From: Candidatus Omnitrophota bacterium
GTDB taxonomy: Bacteria; Omnitrophota; Gorgyraeia; Duberdicusellales; 4484-171
Assembly: GCA_043823745.1 (NCBI GenBank)
Contig: JBDRAN010000006.1
Coordinates: forward strand, 104,176-168,175
DNA length: 64,000 nucleotides
Direction of reading: 5' to 3'
The notes under the pieces: generated by a model
The model's database searches: none
Told to the model about the DNA's origin: nothing
What the model saw: the letters and a program-made list of their open reading frames with translations, nothing else
Translations under genes and position numbers: made by a program
Shown here: positions 52,197 through 61,035 of the stretch, piece by piece
Position numbering within the stretch: the first letter of the stretch is position 1
Layout of the letters: each line of letters begins with the position of its first letter

Positions 52197-52877
52197 ATGT
52201 TTATATTTTGGGTTATTGTCATTCTTGTAGTTATTGGGCTCGGTATGGAATCAGTATTGAGTTATAAAAAGAAAATAGAAGCGATCAATAACTTGCTTAT
52301 GCTCCTTCGAATTACATACAACGGGGAGATTTTTAAAAATAATTTTAAAGTTGATACTACAGCGGTTAGTGCTTTCTACCCGGCATTAAAATTTAGTCTA
52401 GAAAATGCGCAAGCCTATCTTCTTATGGATACAAACAGCATGGAATTCATCGTTGAATCCTCAGCACTGAATTCTTATGCAGAGATATGGTTTGAAGAAG
52501 GCCCTGTTTTAATTGCCAATCCACCTAAAACAGATAACCCCCGTTTTGATAAGTTATTTAAATTATGGAAAGCTCCTAGAGACAAAATAAAGCTGCATTC
52601 AATTCTTACTCCAGAACTGCAAGAGAAAATTGTTCAATTAAAAAACGAAGTTACCAAAGAAGTGCAAAATGTTTACTTAAAGGGGCTCCATTCAAAACAG
52701 CATGGCGGTGGAAAGACCGACCGTTTTACGATCAGAATTAGCAGTTCTCAGATATATGGCGGCGTATTGATGGGAATGGGAAAGCTTCAACCGAGAGACA
52801 TTACAATTTATAAAACAATTTTAGATAAATGTATTGATATATATAAAACTTTTGTAGAAGCGGGCAGGAATAATTAA
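52197..52877 (+). CDS. Hypothetical N-terminally membrane-anchored protein in an AT-rich islet next to tRNA-Val
   Basis: 226 aa, MFIFWVIVILVVIGLGM.... It has a GGGGAG RBS and an A/T-rich codon composition of about one-third GC by eye. No family is recognised. Confidence 0.45.
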   Translation: MFIFWVIVILVVIGLGMESVLSYKKKIEAINNLLMLLRITYNGEIFKNNFKVDTTAVSAFYPALKFSLENAQAYLLMDTNSMEFIVESSALNSYAEIWFEEGPVLIANPPKTDNPRFDKLFKLWKAPRDKIKLHSILTPELQEKIVQLKNEVTKEVQNVYLKGLHSKQHGGGKTDRFTIRISSSQIYGGVLMGMGKLQPRDITIYKTILDKCIDIYKTFVEAGRNN

Positions 52878-53061
52878 AAAACATCTAACAACTCAATCCA
52901 CCGGGCTGTATTCGCGGCTCCGCCGCTCATCCAGCCGGTGATTTTTGTGTTAGACGTGAATAAAAATAAACAATGTCGCCAAAAATAGAAATATTAACTA
53001 AAATGCGACAGCATTCATCTGTGTACATCCGTTTTCAAATCTGTGTGAATCTGCGATAAAA

Positions 53062-54777
53062 ATGGACTTAGAAACCTTACGTCATTCTTGTTCCCACATT
53101 ATGGCCAGCGCGGTAAAGAAGCTGTACCCGCAGACAAAACTTGGTATCGGGCCGGCCATCGAGAATGGTTTTTATTACGACTTTGAAATACCGGGCGGTA
53201 TTACCGAAAAAGACCTATCGCGCATCGAGCAACTGATGCGTGAGGAGATCAATAAAAAATATCCCTTCGAGCGGACTGAAATGACGAGTGGCGCCGCTAT
53301 CGAATTTTTCCAGGCCGCGGGTGAGGCATATAAAGTTGAGCTGATCCGCGATTTAAACCAGGAAAAAGTTTCCATCTATCAGCATAACGGTTTTGCTGAC
53401 CTCTGTCGGGGCCCGCACGTAGCGTCGACGGTCGAGGTGAAACACTTTAAGCTGCTTTCTACCTCGGGTGCGTACTGGAAGGGCTTAGAGGGGAATCCCC
53501 AGCTGGTAAGGATCTACGGTACGGTATTCGCGACCAAGGAAGAATTAGAGAGTTATCTAAAGAATTTAGAAGAGGCAAAGATACGTGATCATCGCACGGT
53601 AGGCAGGGATCTTGAGCTCTTTGATATTTACTATAATCAGGCAGGTGCGGGCCTTGTTTTTTATCTTCCTGCCGGTGCTACGTTACGCAGGATTGTCGAA
53701 GACTGGGAGATACAAGAGCATATCAAGCGGGGCTATAAGCAGGTTATCACTCCCCACATTATGGATAAAAAGCTCTGGCAGGCGAGCGGGCATTTAGAGT
53801 ATTATCAGGAATATATGTACCCTATCGTTAAGGATAATCAGGAGTTTATTTTAAAGCCGATGAACTGTCCCGGGCATATCCTGATTTATAAATCACAACT
53901 GCATAGTTATCGCGAGCTCCCGTTGCGGATTTTTGAACTAGGCACGGTATATCGGTACGAAAAAAGCGGCGTGCTTCATGGTTTGTTGCGCGTGCGCGGG
54001 TTTACCCAGGATGATGCGCATATTTTTTGCAAGAAAGATGATCTGTATGGCGAAATAGAAGGGGTACTTGATTTTGTACGGGCCGCGATGCAGGTATTCG
54101 GATTTACGTCTTTCGGCGCGGAACTGAGCACGCGACCTGAAAAATTTATCGGCGATCGCGAAGATTGGGATATGGCAGAATCGATTTTAGAAGAGATACT
54201 TAAGAAAAAATCATTTGCCTATCGGGTCAACCGCGGCGATGGCGCTTTTTACGGCCCGAAGATCGATATTAAACTCAAAGACGCGCTTGGGCGCGAATGG
54301 CAATGTGCGACGATACAGCTTGATTATAATATCCCGAAGCGTTTTGATTTAACCTATCGTGATCACACCGGCCGCGCTGAGCGCGTAGTGATGATCCACC
54401 GTGTTATCCTAGGAAGCCTTGAGCGATTTATGGCGACGCTTATCGAACATTACGCTGGTAGATTTCCGTTATGGCTTGCGCCTCTGCAGGTAAGCATTAT
54501 TCCGCTTGCTCCGGAAGTCAGCGAGTATGCGGGAAGGCTTAAAGAGGAACTGACCGCGAGTGGTTTTCGCGTCGAGATTGACACCAAGGACGAGACCCTG
54601 CAGAAGCGTATCCGGGTCAAAGAACTTCTGAAAATTCCTTACATGGTGGTTATTGGAAACAAGGAGAAAGAAGCCGGAACCGTTTCAGTGCGCCGCCGAG
54701 GCATGGAAAATTTAGGCTCGATGAATCTCGCGGCATTCAACGATATTTTGCGCGCAGATTTGCACCATAGAATATAG
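53062..54777 (+). CDS. thrS: Threonine--tRNA ligase (short form lacking the N-terminal TGS domain)
   Basis: MDLETLRHSCSHIMASAV (the editing-domain HxxxH region), class II motifs and an anticodon-binding domain. 571 aa against about 640 for full-length. Confidence 0.9.
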   Translation: MDLETLRHSCSHIMASAVKKLYPQTKLGIGPAIENGFYYDFEIPGGITEKDLSRIEQLMREEINKKYPFERTEMTSGAAIEFFQAAGEAYKVELIRDLNQEKVSIYQHNGFADLCRGPHVASTVEVKHFKLLSTSGAYWKGLEGNPQLVRIYGTVFATKEELESYLKNLEEAKIRDHRTVGRDLELFDIYYNQAGAGLVFYLPAGATLRRIVEDWEIQEHIKRGYKQVITPHIMDKKLWQASGHLEYYQEYMYPIVKDNQEFILKPMNCPGHILIYKSQLHSYRELPLRIFELGTVYRYEKSGVLHGLLRVRGFTQDDAHIFCKKDDLYGEIEGVLDFVRAAMQVFGFTSFGAELSTRPEKFIGDREDWDMAESILEEILKKKSFAYRVNRGDGAFYGPKIDIKLKDALGREWQCATIQLDYNIPKRFDLTYRDHTGRAERVVMIHRVILGSLERFMATLIEHYAGRFPLWLAPLQVSIIPLAPEVSEYAGRLKEELTASGFRVEIDTKDETLQKRIRVKELLKIPYMVVIGNKEKEAGTVSVRRRGMENLGSMNLAAFNDILRADLHHRI

Positions 54778-54864
54778 GAATATTCGGTTGATATAACAGC
54801 ACATACATTCTTTGCGCGGGTGCGCAAAGAGAAAAGCGTATATTCAAAGAGGAGGGCGTGACGA

Positions 54865-55368
54865 GTGAAGTATGTAAGAGTTAACGATCGGATTTTTGCC
54901 AAGACTATGCGCGTAATCGGTCCGGAAGGAGAGCAATTGGGAGTCTTCCCTCGGGATTTGGCGTTCAAGAAAGCGCAGGAATATGAGTTGGACCTGGTTG
55001 AGGTAGCGCCTCAGGCACAACCACCGGTTTGTCGTATCACCGATTTTTCTAAATACCGTTACGAACAGGAAAAACGGGAGCGCGAGGCCCGCAAACACCA
55101 GAAACAAGTGCAAATGAAGGAAATACGTATCAGCCCGCGTATTGACGTGCATGATTATGAAGTAAAGCTTAAACACGTACAAGAATTCTTGGAAAAGGGG
55201 CATACGGTAAGAATTCGTATGTATTTTATGGGGCGCGAGATCGCTCACAAAGATATTGGTAATCGTCTGATTAGAAAGCTTATTCAGGATATAGAGAAAA
55301 TCGGTCGCGTTGACCGGGAGCCGCATATGATGGGTAAGACCTTGATATTAATTCTTGGCCCGAAATAA
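54865..55368 (+). CDS. infC: Translation initiation factor IF-3
   Basis: GTG start 9 nt after GAGGAGGG, with VKYVRVNDRIFAKTMRVIGPEGEQLGV.... thrS-infC-rpmI-rplT synteny. Confidence 0.85.
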   Translation: MKYVRVNDRIFAKTMRVIGPEGEQLGVFPRDLAFKKAQEYELDLVEVAPQAQPPVCRITDFSKYRYEQEKREREARKHQKQVQMKEIRISPRIDVHDYEVKLKHVQEFLEKGHTVRIRMYFMGREIAHKDIGNRLIRKLIQDIEKIGRVDREPHMMGKTLILILGPK

Positions 55369-55661
55369 ACTCCGTTAGAAAGTTCACCTCGTGTGGAAAT
55401 TTATTTCTAACGGTGTAAACGCGAATTAACGGTCAGTAGTGTTTTTAAGATAGACTTCCGGGCGCCTAATTACCCGAAAAATCCCCCGAGGAATTCGAAG
55501 AATTCCCGGGACTGAAGTCCTCGGAATTTCCTTCTGTAGTTAGGAAATTCCAGAGGGTCTTACGACATTTTTCGGGAGCGCCTCGGAAGTCAATTCGACT
55601 ACACGCTTTTTCAGACAGGAGGTCTTAAAAAGCGCAAGTCTCATTGAGGAGGTAATAAAAA
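55369..55661 (+). promoter_or_regulatory. Structured 5' leader of rpmI-rplT (L20-leader-like autoregulatory element)
   Basis: A 293-nt non-coding stretch carries several hairpins: ccgttagaaa/tttctaacgg, ggaatttcc/ggaaattcc and ggact/gtcc. A long-range pairing gacttccgggcgcc ... ggcgcctcggaagtc encloses about 120 nt. Confidence 0.45.
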
Positions 55662-55862
55662 ATGCCAAAGCTAAAAACAAAAAAATCGTTTGCAAAGCGT
55701 CTGAAGGTGACGAAAAACAAAAAAGTGTTGCGCTCCAAAGAAGGCCGGCGGCATCTTTTAAGCGGCAAAAAAGCTGCGCGCAAGCGGCAACTGGGGAAAA
55801 AAGTTGTCGTTTCACACGCTGACCGGAATCAGATTAAGCACGCGCTCCCTTATGCGTTTTAA
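55662..55862 (+). CDS. rpmI: 50S ribosomal protein L35
   Basis: MPKLKTKKSFAKRLKVTKNKKVLRSKEGRRHLLSGKK. Confidence 0.9.
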   Translation: MPKLKTKKSFAKRLKVTKNKKVLRSKEGRRHLLSGKKAARKRQLGKKVVVSHADRNQIKHALPYAF

Positions 55863-55907
55863 GGAAGCGTGACAGCCCGCGAGGCTATTTAAAAAAGGAG
55901 AATTACT

Positions 55908-56255
55908 ATGCGAGTTACTCATGGACCTGCTGCACGGCAGCGTAAGAAAAAAGTTTTGAAGAGAGCCAAAGGATTTTGGGGTAAGCGGTCCAAGCTGTAC
56001 CGTCGCGCCGCCGAAAGCGTGCGCCGCGCTATGGTGTACAGCTATCGCGATCGCCGCGCAAAGAAGCGGGAGTTTAAGTCACTCTGGATTATCCGTTTAA
56101 ACGCTGCCGCGCGCGAACGCGGGCTTACGTATCGTGAGCTTATGCACGTTTTGAAAGTAAAGAACATTATGTTTTCGCGGGATATACTTGCAAAGATCGC
56201 CGCGGAGTATCCGGAGGTTTTTGACAAGATCGTCGAAGCAGTGAAAACCGCATAG
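55908..56255 (+). CDS. rplT: 50S ribosomal protein L20
   Basis: MRVTHGPAARQRKKKVLKRAKGFWGKRSKLYRRA... Confidence 0.9.
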   Translation: MRVTHGPAARQRKKKVLKRAKGFWGKRSKLYRRAAESVRRAMVYSYRDRRAKKREFKSLWIIRLNAAARERGLTYRELMHVLKVKNIMFSRDILAKIAAEYPEVFDKIVEAVKTA

Positions 56256-56343
56256 CGCAAAGCGCTCAGTGCAGAGCGTGCCCGGGTGAAATATTTTTTT
56301 GCTTTGCGCCCGCATGATGCGTTCCGCGTTCACAGGAGATCCC

Positions 56344-56994
56344 ATGCATGTGATTATTGTCGGTTGTGGCCGCGTCGGGGCCGAGCTCGCCAAGATTCTT
56401 TCGAGCGAAGACCACGACGTGGTTGTTATTGATCGCGATGCGCATAGTTTTGAGCGCCTCGGGAGAACGTTTAATGGTATCACCTTGGTCGGCAGCGGCT
56501 TTGATTGGGAGTTGCTTAAAAGCGCCGGGGCAGAGAACGCGAACGCGCTTTGTGCCGTTACCAATGGAGATAATACCAATCTGGTTACCGCTCAGGTTGC
56601 GAAACGTATCTTTAAAATAGGTAAAGTTATCGCACGGGTATATGATCCGGGTCGCGCCAATATTTATCGCGCGCTGGGTCTTGATATTATCAGCGGCACG
56701 ATTCTGGTTGCCGCGATGGTCAGAGACAAAATCGTTGAGTCGAAACTCTCCAGTTATCTTATTGAGAGCGGCGAGTTAGGAGTGCTTGAGATACCGGTCG
56801 ATAAAAATCTGCAAGGGCGCCTGATCAGTCAGATCAATATCGCGCAAGAGCTTATCGTGGTAACGGTGCGCAGGAAAAAAGAAGTTATAATCCCTGAGCT
56901 TTCCGCAAAGCTTGAGATCGGAGATATCTTGATGGCCGTGGTAAAAACCGCAAGCCTCGGAAAGATAAAGAAGACATTTAAGCTTGAAGAGTAG
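56344..56994 (+). CDS. trkA: K+ uptake system NAD-binding protein TrkA (TrkA-N plus TrkA-C)
   Basis: MHVIIVGCGRVGAELAKIL...VVVIDRD is Rossmann fold and is followed by a TrkA-C domain. Confidence 0.8.
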   Translation: MHVIIVGCGRVGAELAKILSSEDHDVVVIDRDAHSFERLGRTFNGITLVGSGFDWELLKSAGAENANALCAVTNGDNTNLVTAQVAKRIFKIGKVIARVYDPGRANIYRALGLDIISGTILVAAMVRDKIVESKLSSYLIESGELGVLEIPVDKNLQGRLISQINIAQELIVVTVRRKKEVIIPELSAKLEIGDILMAVVKTASLGKIKKTFKLEE

Positions 56995-57016
56995 CCACGG
57001 CGGATAAGGAGCGCGT

Positions 57017-57679
57017 ATGTATATTGTTGTTGTCGGCGGCGGTAAAGTCGGACATTTTCTTGCCAAACATCTTCTCAAAGACAAACACACGATTGTTTTA
57101 ATCGAAAAAGGCAAGGCGGTTTGCGAAGAGATCGCCAAAGAGTTAAATCTTATCGTCGTTAACGGTGATGGATGCGACCCGCATTATCTTGAGGAAGCCG
57201 GTATCTCACGAGCCGATGTTATCGCGGCGGTTACCGGTGACGATGAAGATAATTTAGTCATCTGTCAACTTGCGAAGGAAAAGTTTCACGTGGGGCGCAC
57301 CGTCGCCCGCGTCAATGATCCAAAAAATGAACATATTTTTTCAGAACTCGGTGTTGACGTGCCTATTGACGCAACCAAAATCATCGCAAAGATTATCGAA
57401 GAAGAAGTTTCTTTTTCCGATTTTGTGAACCTCCTCAGCTTTAACCGCGGGAAATTGGCTATCGTCCGCGTTGACCTTCCGGAACAATCACCAATCATCA
57501 ATAAGATGCTCAAGGATGTTACGCTGCCCCCCGATTCGGTGCTTGTATCGGTTATCCGGGGTGATGAAATTATCGTGCCTAAGGGGGACACGCTCCTGCG
57601 GGCAAGCGATGATATCATTGCGCTTACCCTTGTTGAGAACAAGCAAATCTTATTGCAATTTCTCTTGGGTAAAATCTGA
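57017..57679 (+). CDS. trkA: Second TrkA-type NAD-binding protein
   Basis: MYIVVVGGGKVGHFLAKHL...IVLIEKG followed by a TrkA-C domain. Confidence 0.8.
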   Translation: MYIVVVGGGKVGHFLAKHLLKDKHTIVLIEKGKAVCEEIAKELNLIVVNGDGCDPHYLEEAGISRADVIAAVTGDDEDNLVICQLAKEKFHVGRTVARVNDPKNEHIFSELGVDVPIDATKIIAKIIEEEVSFSDFVNLLSFNRGKLAIVRVDLPEQSPIINKMLKDVTLPPDSVLVSVIRGDEIIVPKGDTLLRASDDIIALTLVENKQILLQFLLGKI

Positions 57680-57793
57680 TGATCAAGAAAATTCTAAACG
57701 CAATTATCGGGATTTCCGTCGGTGTCGGTGTCATTATGCTTGTGCTTGTTCTCTGCCTTGTGATGTCCTGGTTTTTTACGCATTTTTAATCGT

Positions 57794-59296
57794 ATGTTGT
57801 TACGGCCGCAAATAGAAGATTTTAAAGTGGTCGGGGAACACCTCGGCAAAATTATTATTGGCTTGGCGCTCGCGATGTGTCTGCCGCTTGCGGTCGGGGC
57901 CTGCTACCGTGAAGTTAACCCGCTTGTGGATTTTGTCATCTCGATATTGATAAGTTTTATTGTCGGTATCGTGCTCGTGACGATGTGCCGGACAAATCGA
58001 GAGCCGCGCTGGATGCACGGTATGGCTATTGCTTCTCTTGCCTGGATCGTGGCAATGCTTCTGGGAGCCATTCCTCTGTATTTAAGCCGTCACTGGAATT
58101 CGTATCTCGATGCCTGTTTTGAGGCAATGAGCGGTTTCGCGACTACGGGGCTTACGCTGGCGCAGGATCTGGATCATCTTTCATACGCGCATAATTTCTG
58201 GCGGCACCTCGTCATGTTTATCGGCGGCCAGGGCATTATCATCGTAGCGCTCGCGTTTCTCGTGCGTGGTTCAGCCGGCGCTTTTAAGATTTACGTCGGA
58301 GAAGGACGAGAGGAAAAAATTCTTCCTAACGTTGTTTCCACCGCGCGCTTTATCTGGATCGTCAGCGTTACGTACCTGGGGCTGGGCACCATCGCGCTCG
58401 CGCTGGTGGGTAGATTTGAAGGGATGTCGTGGCCTGGGGCGTTCTATCATGGCGCCTGTGTTTTTATGACGGCGTTTGATACCGGCGGGTTTACCCCGCA
58501 ATCACAGAGCATACTGTATTACCATAGTTTTCCGTATGAGGTAGCTACGATCGTGATGATGCTTTTGGGTGCGGTTAATTTTAAGGTACACTACTGCCTG
58601 TGGACCGGTAACCGCCGCGAGCTATGGCGTAACATCGAAACCGTAACGCTTTTTATCTGTATTGTCGCTACGTTTTATATTACGGGCCTGGGTTTACGTA
58701 TCACACAAACATATCCTGAGGTAATACCGTTCTTTCGCAAAGGGTTCTATCACCTTATTTCTGGTCAGAGCGGAACCGGCTTTATGACAATTTACGCCCA
58801 GCAGTTTATTAACGAGTGGGGAGCCTTAGCGCTCATCGGCATTACGATCGCTATGGCAATCGGTGGCTCAAGCTGTTCAACAACCGGTGCCATAAAAGCT
58901 ATACGCTTGGGGACCTTGGTCAAGGGTCTTATTGAAGATGTGAAACGCATCATCTCTCCGGAAGCGGCCATTGTGAGCGCGAAATTCCATCATATCAAGA
59001 CTGTTGTTCTCGACGATAAGCATGTTCGGTCTGCCGCTATCATTACGATTGCGTATCTCGTGCTCTATGTGGCGGGGGCTCTCGTGGGGGTATATTGCGG
59101 CTACCCACTCCTGAATTCTTTATTCGAGTCAACGTCCGCGGCGGCTAACGTCGGTCTTTCGTGCGGTATCACGCAGGTCTCGATGCCCACGATACTTAAG
59201 GTAACGTATATTTTTCAGATGTGGATCGGAAGACTTGAGTTCATATCGGTTTTTACCTTGTTCGGGATTGTTGCTGCGCTTATTAAAGGAAAATGA
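57794..59296 (+). CDS. trkH: TrkH/KtrB-family K+ transporter membrane subunit
   Basis: 500-aa polytopic protein with repeated M1-P-M2 units (selectivity-filter-like Gly motifs), downstream of the two trkA genes. Confidence 0.8.
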   Translation: MLLRPQIEDFKVVGEHLGKIIIGLALAMCLPLAVGACYREVNPLVDFVISILISFIVGIVLVTMCRTNREPRWMHGMAIASLAWIVAMLLGAIPLYLSRHWNSYLDACFEAMSGFATTGLTLAQDLDHLSYAHNFWRHLVMFIGGQGIIIVALAFLVRGSAGAFKIYVGEGREEKILPNVVSTARFIWIVSVTYLGLGTIALALVGRFEGMSWPGAFYHGACVFMTAFDTGGFTPQSQSILYYHSFPYEVATIVMMLLGAVNFKVHYCLWTGNRRELWRNIETVTLFICIVATFYITGLGLRITQTYPEVIPFFRKGFYHLISGQSGTGFMTIYAQQFINEWGALALIGITIAMAIGGSSCSTTGAIKAIRLGTLVKGLIEDVKRIISPEAAIVSAKFHHIKTVVLDDKHVRSAAIITIAYLVLYVAGALVGVYCGYPLLNSLFESTSAAANVGLSCGITQVSMPTILKVTYIFQMWIGRLEFISVFTLFGIVAALIKGK

Positions 59297-59847
59297 AAAA
59301 AACAAATTTTTTCAATTATACGCCCAGCTGTCATGGCGCACAATCCGCACGAGTATATATTTTTTGTTGTATTGTGTTCGCAAGCTGCATGCTTATCATG
59401 GCGCCCGCGCGGGCGGCCGCGGTTACGAGCAGGGAGCTTATTGATAAAGCGAAGGAATATGACGGGAGCGTTGTGTTGTATGAAGGAGAAGCGATCGGCG
59501 AAGTGATGATGCGCGGTGATTTTGCCTGGGTTAATGTGAGGGATAGCCGGAATGCAATCGGCATTTGGGTACCTTCCACGGTTACCCGTACGATTAAGAG
59601 CCTCGGTAGCTATCAAAGAAGGGGCGACAGGGTTCTTGTGACCGGCATCTTTCATCGTGCCTGCCGTATTCACGGAGGGGATCTCGATATTCATGCTACC
59701 GCTCTTTCGTTGCAGGAGCCGGGTTCCCGCATACCAGCGCCCCTTGACCTTGGAAAAATTCGCCTGATGATTAATTTGACTATTATCCTTTTTCTTGTTA
59801 TTATTGGCGCCATGTTAGTACGTATTCGTCTATCGCGCAAACAATAG
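59293..59847 (+). CDS. Hypothetical exported/membrane-anchored protein
   Basis: 184 aa with a signal-like N-terminus and a C-terminal TM helix. No family is recognised. Confidence 0.35.
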   Translation: MKKTNFFNYTPSCHGAQSARVYIFCCIVFASCMLIMAPARAAAVTSRELIDKAKEYDGSVVLYEGEAIGEVMMRGDFAWVNVRDSRNAIGIWVPSTVTRTIKSLGSYQRRGDRVLVTGIFHRACRIHGGDLDIHATALSLQEPGSRIPAPLDLGKIRLMINLTIILFLVIIGAMLVRIRLSRKQ

Positions 59848-59904
59848 TGAGAGGACGGTTTCTTTTGATGATACAATCACACACCATACTTACACAAAAG
59901 ATTT

Positions 59905-60933
59905 ATGCAGAATGAATTGAATAATCTTGAGCAAACGTTCAGAGAGGAGATAGCCGCTCTTTCTACTCGAGAGGAGCTGGAGGCGTTGAAGGTTAAATAT
60001 CTGGGGAGAAAGTCAATGCTTGCGCAGTTTTTTTCCCGGCTACCCGCCTTATCAGCGCAAGAAAAAGGTATCTTTGGTAAGCGGCTCAACGAACTGAAAA
60101 ACGCGATAAGCGCTGTCCTTGAGGAAAAGATAAAAAATATTGGCGTCGGCCAGGAGGCGTTTGATGTAACGATCCCTTCAATCAGCCCCCGCCGCGGGTC
60201 GCTTCATGTGCTCAGCCAGGTAACCGAGGCTGCGTGCCTGATCTTTGAGAAACTTGGCTTTGAGGTTGATGAAGGGAACGAAATAGAGGATGAGTGGCAT
60301 AACTTTACTGCTTTAAATATTCCCCTGGAGCACCCCTCGCGCGACGCCTTTGACACGTTCTATCTGGATATTCCGCGCGCTCCCGGCCGCGCCGGTAAAT
60401 ATCTCCTGCGCAGCCAGACTTCGCCCTCTCAAATCAGGGTTATGTGTTCTCGCAAACCACCGATAGCCGTGATTTCACCGGGCAGAGTCTATCGTCCCGA
60501 TCAGGTTGACGCTTCGCATTCATTTATGTTTCATCAGATAGAAGGATTCGCGGTTGATACCCATATTACCTTTGCGCATTTAAAAGGAGTATTATTACAT
60601 TTTGTCCGTGAGTTTTTTAGCCGCGACGTCGAGCTGCGCTTCCGGCCCCACTTTTTTCCTTTTACCGAGCCCTCGGCTGAGGTTGACATTTCCTGTTTTA
60701 TGTGTAAAGGAAAAAAGGATACATGCAGCGTTTGTAAAGGCAAGGGGTGGCTGGAGATCCTCGGCTGCGGTATGATCAACCCTCATGTGTTGACCTCCTG
60801 TGGTATTAATCCCAAGAAATATAAAGGGTTTGCTTTTGGTATGGGAGTAGAGCGGCCAGCGATGCTTAAGTACGGCATCAGCGATATCCGGTTATTCTAT
60901 GAGAATGACCTGCGGTTTTTAAATCAATTCTGA
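59905..60933 (+). CDS. pheS: Phenylalanine--tRNA ligase alpha subunit
   Basis: N-terminal coiled coil, class II motifs (...FHQIEGF...GFAFGMGVER...). Confidence 0.9.
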   Translation: MQNELNNLEQTFREEIAALSTREELEALKVKYLGRKSMLAQFFSRLPALSAQEKGIFGKRLNELKNAISAVLEEKIKNIGVGQEAFDVTIPSISPRRGSLHVLSQVTEAACLIFEKLGFEVDEGNEIEDEWHNFTALNIPLEHPSRDAFDTFYLDIPRAPGRAGKYLLRSQTSPSQIRVMCSRKPPIAVISPGRVYRPDQVDASHSFMFHQIEGFAVDTHITFAHLKGVLLHFVREFFSRDVELRFRPHFFPFTEPSAEVDISCFMCKGKKDTCSVCKGKGWLEILGCGMINPHVLTSCGINPKKYKGFAFGMGVERPAMLKYGISDIRLFYENDLRFLNQF

Positions 60934-61035
60934 TGACGCGAATTGCCGCTAATCTTTCAGAACGCGAATGACCGCGAATTGATTAGCGTAAATTAGCATT
61001 TTACATTCGCGGTAATTAGCGTAACAGGAAATACT

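Noticed and set aside
54844-55326. 160-aa minus-strand ORF, and many other minus-strand ORFs of 60-200 aa in the track (for example 17555-18061, 43314-43937, 14317-14880, 30837-31430, 38582-39118)
   Set aside because: Each lies entirely inside, and antisense to, a confidently identified plus-strand gene (infC, pyrB/pyrC, pyrF, the M42 peptidase, dcd, the metallopeptidase). None has an RBS or a recognisable family. They are shadow ORFs.
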